Assembly: GCF_009914755.1 (NCBI RefSeq)
Contig: NC_060938.1
DNA: 64,000 nucleotides
Direction: 5' to 3' (one strand)
Source: the human T2T-CHM13v2.0 reference genome, Homo sapiens
A program made the translations under genes and the position numbers. The stretch's first letter is position 1. The number at the start of each line of letters is the position of its first letter. Under the pieces are notes generated by a model. That model was not told the origin of the DNA. It made no database searches and saw only the letters and a list, made by a program, of their open reading frames with translations. Shown here in pieces: positions 49,752-64,000 of the stretch.

Positions 49752-50481
49752 TCATTATGTTGCTGATCTCGAACTCCTGGGCTCCAGCAATCCTTCTGCC
49801 TTGACCTCCCAAAGTGTTGGGATCACAGGCATGAGCTACCATGCCTTGCTCCTATGGGGTTTAGATAAAAGGAATTGCTATAGAAAGTGGCTCTAGGTTC
49901 CAGTTTGTGTATGGAATAACCTGGAGGAAATGAGGCAAGAGCAGCACCCTGGTGCTTTCCCTCTGAGACCCTCCCTGGCACTGTCAGGAATGGAAGCCCT
50001 CAGGAATAGGCTGTTCTCAGGAGCCTCTCCTATTCCACCCTAATCTTGATCTCTTTTCTACTTGGTGTAGAAAATAAAGGTTAGAAAGAGTTGGTCAGTT
50101 TACAGAATACCCGAGTAACAGTGCTTATGTAAATAGGATTTTTATATATGAGAGCAGATGGCTGCTGGCCTTTCCTTCATGGTTACAAGGTAGTTAACTG
50201 CAGTTTGAAGCTCTGTGTTCAAGACAAGAAGGGAGGCTCCAGCTGTGTCTGTCCCTTTTATCTGGAAGCCATAACAACTTTCCCAGAAGCTGTTAGCACA
50301 TTTCATCTTACATCTCACTGACCAGAACCATGTTATAAAGAATGCTGGGTGGCACACACTGTTCTCCCACCTACTCTGGAGACTGAGGCTCAAGGATTGC
50401 TTGAGCCCAGGAATTCGGGGCTGCAGTGAGCCATGATTGTGTCACTGTATTCCAGCCTGGATGACAGAGTAAGACCCTGTC

Positions 50482-50554
50482 CTTCTCTCTCTCTCTTCCT
50501 CTTTCTCTCTCTCGCTCTGTTTCTCTCTCTCTCTCTTATACACACACACACACA

Positions 50555-50590
<36 letters not shown>
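50482..50590. repeat. Compound (TC)n-(CA)n microsatellite at an Alu monomer tail
   Basis: Direct reading. Confidence 0.95.
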
Positions 50591-50591
<1 letters not shown>

Positions 50592-50946
50592 CTGGGAAAG
50601 TGAATGTTTGTTTTCCTCGCCATTAGTGGAAGCTGGGGAGGAAAAAGAAGGATGGGAATGAATGTTGGTTTGGACATCACAGCAGGGTCTGCCTCTCCAT
50701 GTTAGGTACAAACTTCATGGATATTTCTCCTGTGCTGGTTTGAGCCCCGGTGCTGCAGCTTCATGGCATTGGGCTTTCCAATCGGCCTGTTCATTTACTT
50801 TATACCTCAGCATGCCCCAGCCGGCCATATAAAGGATTTCCCAGATCATTGGTGTTTGGTTTGATTTTCCCATTTATTTCTTTCTATTCTTTGAATCACA
50901 AAGCCCTGTCCTACATTTATATATATATATTTTTTAAGACAGAGTC

Positions 50947-51258
<312 letters not shown>

Positions 51259-51371
51259 AAGACAGAGTCTCACTTTGTCACCTAGGTTGGAGTGCAGTGG
51301 CATGATCTCGGCTCACTGCAACCTCTGCCTCCTGGGTTCAACTGGTTCTCCTGCCTCAGCCTCCTGAGTAG

Positions 51372-51983
<612 letters not shown>

Positions 51984-52059
51984 CTACCTTATTACCCCAT
52001 TTATTTCACTGATAGCATTTATCACAGTCTATTAATTCTTTTTATTTGTTTACTTGTTA

Positions 52060-52860
<801 letters not shown>

Positions 52861-52948
52861 CTTATTGTTTAGATTTCACCCTAGAATATAAGCTTCATGA
52901 GATCAGGGACCTTGTCTGTTTTGTTCACTACAGAATTTCAGTATCTAA

Positions 52949-53164
<216 letters not shown>

Positions 53165-53736
53165 TAGTAGAGATGGGGTTTCTCCATGTTGGTCAGGCTG
53201 GTCTTGAACTCCTGACCTCAGGTCATCCACCCACCTCAGCCTCCCAAAATGTTGGGATTACAGGCGTGAGCCACCGCGCCCGGACAATGCTCATAGTAAT
53301 TTTTAGACTGACCAAGCACTTCTAATTTTTATTTTCTACACCAAGTAAAAAAGAGATCAAGATTAGGGTGGAGTAGAGGGAGAGGCTACTGAGAACAGCC
53401 TAGTCCTGAGGGCTACCATTCCTGAATGAATAAATGAATGACTCTCATTTCAGTGCATTTAGCAGAAATTCCTCCTCATTCTGCTTTCCAACATGGAATT
53501 GAATTTTCTCCCCTATTTATATGTCATATTGCTTCCTTAAGTGGGAAAATGGGGAGGAACCCTAAGGTTCCTGTGTTCACACTGTCCTCTTTGTCAGCTT
53601 CTCCACCAGTGCTTGGAGTTCTTTCAGGTCATGGGGACAGGAGTTTTTTATTTGACATTCTAAAATAAATACCTTTTGATGAGTAAAATTTGTTGTTAGG
53701 GGCATAATTATTTAAGCAGCCCATTTTCTTTTTTAG

Positions 53737-53807
53737 CACCGACTAGAACAAGAGGCTGAAAAGAAGATAATAATGCTAGCAGAGAGAGCCCACCATGAGG
53801 CTATTGT
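53737..53807 (+). CDS. BBOF1: BBOF1 coding exon 6
   Basis: Acceptor ttttcttttttag|, donor GT|gtaaga; 71 nt, HRLEQEAEKKIIMLAERAHHEAI(V). Confidence 0.93.
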
Positions 53808-55085
53808 GTAAGAGACTGCTGCCTACTTTCTGACTCTGATTACCTCTCTTACCTCTTTGCTGGTCTCTTTTCTTCTTACTTTCTTGTCTTCCCCCTTCTG
53901 TTCTGGCTTACTTGCTTCAAATTTTCTGGTCTACTGTCCCTCCCTGTTTCTTTCTCTTTGTATACTCCCACCCCTTTTTCCTCTACTCTTTCTGTGGCAG
54001 CATTGTGTGGTGGAAAGATCCTGGGCTTTGAACTTACTTATTTATTGATTTATTTTTTGAGATGGAGTCTTGTTCTGTCATCCAGGCTATCCAGGCTGGA
54101 GTGCAGCGGCATGAGCTTGGCTCACTGCAACCTCTGCCTCCCGAGTTCAGGCGATTCTCATGTCTCAGCCTCCTGAGTAGCTGGGATTACAGGCACCCAC
54201 CACCACACCTGGCTAATTGTTGTATTTTTAGTAGAGACAGGGTTTCGCCATGTTGGCCGGGCTGATCTCGAACTCCTGACCTCAAGTTATCCACCCACCT
54301 CAACCTTCCAAAGTGCTGGGATTATAGGCATGAGCCACCGTGCCCAGCCTGCACTTGACTTTGGTTCTCAACATGTATACTAACTAACCGTAGGAAGATT
54401 TCTTACCTTTTTGTTTGATTCTTTGTTTTTGAGACAGGGTCTGGCTCTGTCACCCAGGCTGGAGTACATTGGCATCATCATGGTTCACTGCATCCTCCAC
54501 TGCCTGGGCTCAAGTGATCCTCTCACGTCAGCCTCCAGAGTAGCTGGGACTACAGGCATGTGCCACCACGCCCAGCTAATTTTTGTATTTTTTGTAGAGA
54601 CTGGGTTTTGCCCGGGCTGGTCTCGAACTCCGGGGCTCAAGCAATCCACCCGCCTCGGGCTTCCCAAGTGTTGGGATTACAGATGTGAGTCACTGTACCA
54701 AGCCACATTTCTTAACTTTCTTGAAGTTAAATTTCTTCAACTAAAAGTAGGGCTAATTTACTTCTTCCAGTAATCTGAGTTTATAAAAATAAATAAATAG
54801 TAAAACCATGGCTAATAGTAGCAATCTTGCAGGGTTGTCATGAGGTATATTAGTGGAAGTACATCTAACTCTCAGGTCTTAATGGTTTATTTCTTGTTCA
54901 TCGAACAATCCTGTATGGGTCTGGCAGCTCTCCTCCAGGGATGATTCAGGAACCTGGCTGCTTCCTTCTTGCACCTCTGCCGTGTTGGAGTTTTTCACGT
55001 CTAGTCATGTGGACAGGAAAGAGCATGGGAGACTCATACCTGCTCTTAACTGCCTTGCACTAGAAGTAACCCGTCCTTTTTCACT

Positions 55086-55124
<39 letters not shown>

Positions 55125-55610
55125 TTTTTGAGACAGGGTCTCGCTCTGTCACCCAGGCTGGAGTGCAGTGGTACAATCATGGCTCACTGCTGTAGCCTTG
55201 ACTTCTTGGGCTCAAGTGGTTCTCCTTCCTCAGCTTCCTGAGTAGCTGCGACAGACTACAGGTGCAAACCACCACGTCTGGCTAATTTTTTAGATTTTCT
55301 GTAGAGATTGGGTCTCACTATGTTGCCTAGGCTGGTCCCAAATTCCTAGGCTCAAGTGATCCTCCCGTCTCAGCCTCTCAAAGTGCTGGGATTATAGATG
55401 TGAGCCACTGCATTCAGCCATTTTCACTTTTTTATTGGGTGAAAACTTAATTACAAGATTCCCACATAACTACTGAGTACCCACCATAAGCTAAATAGGT
55501 GGTAGTCACTATTGATAATATTGGGGGTGCAGGTGGTGAAGCAATCATTTTTCTATTTTGGCGATATCTAAAAGTTAGACCTGTGTTTTGAGATCTTATA
55601 TCTATTTCAG

Positions 55611-55755
55611 GCAATTGAACGATGCTGGAAGAAATGTTTTTAAAGAGAATGTTTATCTTCAGAAAGCTCTGGCATATCACCTGAAGGAAACTGACGCTCT
55701 ACAAAAAAACTCCCAGAAGTTGCAAGAGAGTCATACTTTACTTTTACATCAAAAG
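55611..55755 (+). CDS. BBOF1: BBOF1 coding exon 7
   Basis: Acceptor tatttcag|G, donor AAG|gttccc (weak but the position that keeps frame with exon 8); 145 nt, QLNDAGRNVFKEN...LLLHQK. Confidence 0.9.
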
Positions 55756-56029
55756 GTTCCCTCTCATTTAGACTTGGTGTCCTTCTTTTCTTTATTTAAG
55801 GATTGGGTTGGTAAATACCAAAAATTGGGTATAATAATGATATATAAGGACAATGAGACCATTTTCATCTGTCTGGATGATGCACTTTTTTTATCTGAAA
55901 AGGTTAAATACTCAATCTTATAATGCTTATAAGAAGCATTAGACTCAACTTATAAAGAATATATCAGAAACATAAATATGACCCTTATCCTCTACTACCT
56001 TAGAATATTCATTTTTCTTTGCTTAGAGT

Positions 56030-56520
56030 TGGTCCCTGAGTCACTTAGGAATACATTTAGCGGTGAGTAACAGTCCTGACATCAGTGGCATCACCACACA
56101 AGGGTTTATTCTTTCACCTAAAGGAGGCCTGGAGGTAAGCAATCCACAGCAGGAATGGTAGTGCCACAAAGTTAATAGACACTCAGCTTCCTTAACTTTG
56201 CTCTGCAACACTTGGCTTACATCCTCAAACTCACCTCACAGCCTGGGGGGCGCTGCTGGAGCTCTAACCATTCCTTTAAATAGCAGGAAGGAAGAAAAAA
56301 AGAAAAAAGTGTGCCTCTCGTTTAAGAGGTCTTTCTGGAAGTCCTACACACATTTCTATTTACATATCATTGACTAGAAAATGGTTATGCTGAACTTCAA
56401 GGGAGACTGGGAATTTTCAGCTGGACTTAACTGCCTTTCTGAATGAAGTTGGGGTTTTATTACTATGGAGGAAAGGGAAAGGGAAAATAGATATTGGGAT
56501 AGGCAACAAGGAGATGCCAT
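56030..56520. mobile_element. Old MaLR LTR (MLT1J/K-like)
   Basis: Motifs 'catatcattgactagaaa...ttcaagggagactgggaa...gatattgggataggcaac'. Confidence 0.55.
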
Positions 56521-56720
56521 AGTTTCCAATATAGTTATTAATGTTTTACTATATAGTTATAGAGAGAGAGAGAAAGACGGAGTCTCACTCTCACCCAGGC
56601 TAGAATGCAGTGGCATGATCTTGGCTCACTGCAACCTTTACCTCCTGGGTTCAAGTGATTCTCCTGACCCAGCCTCCTGAGTAGCTGGGACTACAGGCAT
56701 GCACCACCACGGCCAGCTAA

Positions 56721-56888
<168 letters not shown>

Positions 56889-57124
56889 TAATTAGCACAA
56901 TTCATAATTAGTAGATTGCCTTCCCAAGTCCAGACAAGGACCCTAGGATGTTTGTTACTCTCTATATAGAATACCAAAATATCACCTCAGCTTGGCATAA
57001 AACTTAAATCTCATGAAGTAATGGAAATTAGTAAGGAACTTCCTAAGTTCTGGAATGATTAAAAAAAAAAATCAGCCGGGCGCAGTGGCTCACGCCTGTT
57101 ATGCTGGCTGAGGCAGGCAGATCA

Positions 57125-57358
<234 letters not shown>

Positions 57359-57383
57359 TCACCTCTCATCTTTCTGTTTTTAG

Positions 57384-57877
57384 GAGATCAATGATCTGTT
57401 GGTTAAGGAAAAGATTATGCAACTTGTCCAGCAGAGATCACAAATCCAAACCCTTCAGAAGAAGGTAGTAAACTTGGAGACTGCTCTGAGTTACATGACC
57501 AAAGAGTTTGAGAGTGAAGTTTTAAAACTGCAGCAACACGCAATGATAGAGAACCAAGCAGGTCAGGTAGAAATTGACAAGCTGCAGCACCTTCTTCAGA
57601 TGAAGGACAGGGAAATGAATCGTGTGAAGAAGCTGGCCAAGAACATACTGGATGAGAGAACAGAAGTGGAAAGATTCTTTTTAGATGCTCTGCACCAAGT
57701 GAAGCAACAGATCCTAATTAGCAGGAAGCATTATAAGCAGATAGCACAAGCTGCTTTCAATTTAAAAATGAGAGCAGCATGTACAGGAAGAACAGAATAT
57801 CCCAAAATCAGAACATTTGATGGCAGAGAGCACAGCACCAATAGTGTGAATCAGGATCTTCTGGAGGCCGAAAAATG
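57384..57877 (+). CDS. BBOF1: BBOF1 coding exon 8
   Basis: Acceptor tctgtttttag|, donor TG|gtacta; 494 nt coiled-coil-like [13 protein letters not shown]...[13 protein letters not shown]...LLEAEK(W); matches ORF 57399-57884. Confidence 0.95.
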
Positions 57878-58447
57878 GTACTAGCAATACTTTATTATTA
57901 TCTTTTTGCTGCTATTTTTGTGTCCTTTACAGAAAGAGGAAGTCTGAAAAGTTTAGTTTTATAATATTCAAGTATTGAATAGATTTCTCAGTAGGTTACT
58001 TGAGGACAGGAACTGACTTATTCATCTTTGTAATCTCTAGGCTTAGCATAGCATGTGGGGCTTTGGACGTATTCTTAGTATATTCCCCTCTGTCTCATGA
58101 TAGAAGTCTTGTTAAGGAGACTATTTTTCCCATAGGTTGTTTTTTATATAAGATATATAAGGTCATTATGTATCTTTTCACTTGTTCCTTTGTTTCCCAT
58201 AAATTGGACATTTGTTATAAAAGCCTGATTAGATTCAGGTTAAACTTTTTTGTTTTTTTAAAGGCAGGGTCTCACTACGTTGCCCAGGCTGGTCTTGAAC
58301 TCCTGGCCTCAAGTGATCCTCCTGCCTCAGCCTCTCAAAGTGGTGGAATTACAGGCGTGAGCCACTGCACCAATCCAGGTTAAACATTTTTGATACGCAT
58401 ACTTTCAGAAATATTTTGTACCGTTTACTATCCTGAGATGAAATTCA

Positions 58448-58864
<417 letters not shown>

Positions 58865-60216
58865 TCAATGAGCCAAGATCACGCCATTGCACTCCAGCCT
58901 GGGTGACAAGAGCAAAACACTGTCTCAAAAAAACAAAACAAAAAACAAAAATTAGCTGGGCGTGGTGGCGGGGGTCTGTAGTCCCAGCTACTCAGTAGGC
59001 ACAAGAATCGCTTGAACCCAGGAGGCAGAGGTTGCAGTGAGCCAAGATTGCATCACTGCACTCCAGCCTGGGCAACAGAGTGAGACCCTGTTTCAAAAAA
59101 ACAAACAAACAAAAAACCAAAACAATTATTTGTAACAATTCTTTGTTATAGAGAACTGTCCCATGGATTGGAGGACAATCAGTAGTGCCCCCAGCATTGT
59201 ATTAACCAAAAGTCCCCCAAAATTTTCCAAAATTTTAGAGATCTGCTGCCACTATGATAAAGGTAACAGAATGTTTGAGACAGTTGCAGACTATATATTA
59301 CATAATGATTAACTTTGTTTCCTATTAGCATTTTTGTTTCTTAGAGCAGTCTCCTCCCTATAAACCATGGATTAAATTATAGTCCATTTTGAGGGTTATT
59401 CTGAAAGAAAATTATTTTATATTCCAATGCAATTAGATTCTTCAAAGGCCCTAACTCAAGAAACTTAAAAGGACTGCAGCCTGGAACTCCTGGGCTCAAG
59501 TGATCCTCCTGCCTCAGCCTCACAAAGCGCTGGGATTACAGGCACGAGCCACCATGCCCAGCCTAACATCTTCCAAATGTGTTTTTTGCTTTAAATTATT
59601 TTTAAAGGACTAATTTTATAGGTTGTTTTGAATTATATGGCTGTTGAGAAGGTTGGACATGCTCAGTAGTCTCTGATAGATAAGATTCTTCTTCAAAATG
59701 CCTAAACTATAATTTACTTCTTGTCATATTCAGAAATCTGTAATACTACTACTGTTACCAAGAGATTTGCTGTAATTTCTCTTTTTTATTTAATACATCA
59801 AATAAGTTGAGTCCCTACCATATATAAGGCAGTTTTCTTTATATCCTTTTGTTTACGAAATAGTAAGTGTTATACATTTTCAGAGGAAGTTAAATGATTG
59901 TCTACATTGTTACTGCAGTAACTGGACTCTTCCTATTCTGTGTTCTATGTGACATTTTTGCTACTGACCACCTTAACACTTTAGCCTTAGTGTCCTATTG
60001 CCTCTATCAGCAGGGCAGAAATGGTGGTTAACATATTACATCATCGGGCTGGGCGCAGTGGCTCACGCCTGTAATCCCAGCACTTTGGGAGGTTGAGACA
60101 GGTGGATCAAGAGGTCAGGAGTTCAAGACCAGCCTGGCCAAGTTGCTGAAACCCCGTCTCTACTAAAAATACAAAAATTAGCCAGGCATGATGGCACACA
60201 CCTGTAATCCCAGCTA

Positions 60217-60352
<136 letters not shown>

Positions 60353-61256
60353 TTAAATGGTAGATTGGAAAAGGACAGTTGAAGTATATGGTAATCGGCT
60401 GGGTGTGGTGGCTCATGCCTGTAATTCCAGCACTTTGGGAGGCTGAGGCAAGAGGATCATTTGAGTCCAGTAGTTAAAGACCAGCCTGGGCAACACAGTG
60501 AGACCCCACCTCTACAAAAAACAAAACAAAAAGTAGCCTGGCATGATGGTGTGCATCTGTAGTCCCATCTACTCGGGAGGCTGAGGTGGGAGGATTGCTT
60601 GAGCCCAGGAGTTCGAGGCTGCAGTGAGCCATGGCTGCAGTGAGCCATGATGATGCCACTGCACTCCAGCCTGGCAACACAGTGAGACCTAGTCTCAAAA
60701 AATAATAATAAATAAAATAAATTTTTTAAAAAATGAAGTATATGGTAATCATAAGACAAAACCTAGACTTTTTAATTTAATTAATTAATTTATTTTTTTG
60801 AGATGGAATCTCACTCTGTCGCCAGGCTGGAGTGCAGTGGCGATCTTGGCTCACTGCATCCTCTGACTTCCGGGTTCAAGCGATTCTCCTGCCTCAGCCT
60901 CCCAAGTAGCTGGGATTACAGGTGCGTGCCACCATGCCCGGCTAATTTTTGTATTTTTAGTAGAGACGGGGTTTCACCATGTCAGCCAAGAAGGTCTCGC
61001 TCTCCTGACCTTGTGATCTGCCTGCCTCGGCCTCCCAAAGTGCTGGGATTACAGGTGTGAGCCACTGCACCCGGCCGACTTTTTTATTTTTTTGAGACGG
61101 TCTCACTCTATTGCCCAGGTTGGAGTGCAGTGGCACCATCATGGCTCACTGCAGCCTTGACTGGGCCCAAGCGATCCTCCCACCTCAGCCCCCCAAGTAG
61201 CTAGGACTACAGGCATGTGCCACCATGCCAGGCTAATTTTAAAATTATTTTTATAG

Positions 61257-61778
<522 letters not shown>

Positions 61779-62018
61779 TGATCCGCCCGCCTCGTCCTCC
61801 CAAAGTGCTAGTATTACAGGTGTGAACCACTGCGCGCAGCCTAATTTTCGTATTTTTAGTAGAGACAGCGTTTCACCGTGTTAGCCAGGATGGTCTTGAT
61901 CTCCTGACCTCATGAACCACCCACCTTGGCCTCCCAAATTACTGGGATTACGGGTGTGAGCCACCGCACCTGGCCTAAACAACTTTTTTTTTCTTGTTCC
62001 CTTTGTCTGTGTCTCTAA

Positions 62019-62172
<154 letters not shown>

Positions 62173-62673
62173 TAGCTGGGATTACAGGTGCCCACCACCA
62201 TGCCCAGCTAATTTTTGTATTTTTAGTAGAGATGGGGTTTCACCATTTTGGTCAGGCTGATCTCGAACTCCTGACCTTGTGATCCTCCCGCCTCAGCCTC
62301 CCAAAGTGCTGGGATTACGGGTGTGAGCCACCGCACCCAGGCTCTTTTTTTTTTTTTTTTTTGAGAAGGAGTCTTGCTTTGTCACCCAGTCTGGAATGCA
62401 GTGGAGTGATCTCGGCTCACTGCAACCTCCCATCTCCCAGGTTCAAGCGATTCTCCTGCCTCGGCCTCCTGAGTAGCTGGGATTAGAGGAGCCTGCCACC
62501 ATGCCCAGCTAATTTTTGTATATTTAGTAGAGACGGCATTTCACCATGTTGGCCAGGCTGGTCTCGAACTCCTAACCTGTGATCTGCCCGCCTTGGCCTC
62601 CCAAAGTGTTGGGTAAGCCACCGTCCCCAGCCTCCTTAGAGTTTTCTACTTTGCTTATTTCCTTAATGTCTGA

Positions 62674-63128
<455 letters not shown>

Positions 63129-63250
63129 TAATATTCAATTATGGTGTGGAATTTATCCTATGTTTACCCATTATATATTTTTTAAAAAGAAGAGAAGCCT
63201 ATTTGACCGTATTTTTCCTTTTCACATTTTTTTCCTTTGAAATTCTTTAG

Positions 63251-63352
63251 GACACATATTGAAGGAAATGTGGATATTGGAGATTTGACCTGGGAGCAGA
63301 AGGAAAAAGTATTGCGATTGCTCTTTGCAAAAATGAATGGCTGTCCTTCTAG
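63251..63352 (+). CDS. BBOF1: BBOF1 coding exon 9 (gene continues beyond the window)
   Basis: Acceptor ttctttag|G, donor AG|gtaact; 102 nt, THIEGNVDIGDLTWEQKEKVLRLLFAKMNGCPS(R); phase 2 matches exon 8. Confidence 0.93.
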
Positions 63353-64000
63353 GTAACTCCCTATTTCTGCAGTGAAATACCAAGTTGTTATCAAATCTAG
63401 AAACCACTTAGGAACAAAGAACTTATTTTTCTTACTTAGAACTAAAGGGACGGGAAAGGACCAGAAAATATAAAAAGGCCCTACTGCTTAACTACTGCAG
63501 CTCCCAGAGATAAAGAATGGGAGATTAATGAATGAGCATGAAAATGAAAGATGAGTTGGAATTAAAGGGGGAGGGGAAAGATTCATCTTAGATGTTTAAG
63601 GTAGTGCTTATTAAGAAGTTACAATATTGCTCAGCTGAATGAGTGGCAACTGAAGAGAAACATAACAATATTAAGATTTTATTGGTTTGCAAAGATAAGT
63701 AATTTTTTTTTTTTTTGAGATGGGGTCTCACTCTGTCACCCAGGCCAGAGTGCAGTGGCACAATCACAGCTCACTATAACCTCCACTTCCCAGGTGCAAG
63801 TGATCCTCCCACCTCAGCCTACTGAGTAGCTGGGACTACAGGCATGTGCCACAACGCCCGGCTAATTTTTTTTTTTTTTTTTTTTTTTGAGAAGGAGTCT
63901 CATTCTGTTGCCCAGGCTGGAGTGCAGTGATGTAATCTCGGCTCACTGCAACCTCTGCCTCCTGGTTCAAGTGATTCTCGTGCTTCAGCCTCCCGAGTAG

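Noticed and set aside
63353-64000. 3' end of a neighbouring antisense gene (ALDH6A1) overlapping BBOF1
   Set aside because: Recalled from locus knowledge only; nothing in this sequence supports it within the window.

Overview
Human (primate; a human-specific AluYb8 is present) Alu-dense genomic DNA, recognisable as the ENTPD5/BBOF1 head-to-head locus. A CpG island (~26290-27330) is a bidirectional promoter. On the + strand lie BBOF1 (CCDC176/C14orf45) coding exons 1-9; all have GT-AG boundaries, join in frame (1388 nt, 462 codons) and the gene continues beyond the window. On the - strand lie three non-coding 5'UTR exons of ENTPD5; its coding exons are to the left of the window. The rest is intron packed with Alus, plus old L1M, L2, MIR, MaLR LTRs, an LTR3-like (HML-6) solo LTR, MER5A/MER30/MADE1 and a full-length RPL41 retrocopy with an intact 25-codon ORF. 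Almost all ORFs in the supplied track are Alu or low-complexity artefacts. I see no convincing new multi-gene system. The best leads are: a 39-bp non-Alu inverted repeat looping out a candidate intronic poly(A) signal in BBOF1 intron 1; uORFs in the ENTPD5 leader rewired by an alternative 5' splice site; a candidate internal ENTPD5 promoter/first exon; the intact RPL41 retro-ORF; and several readable retroelement rearrangements. Repeat family calls come from recalled consensus motifs, not from a RepeatMasker run.
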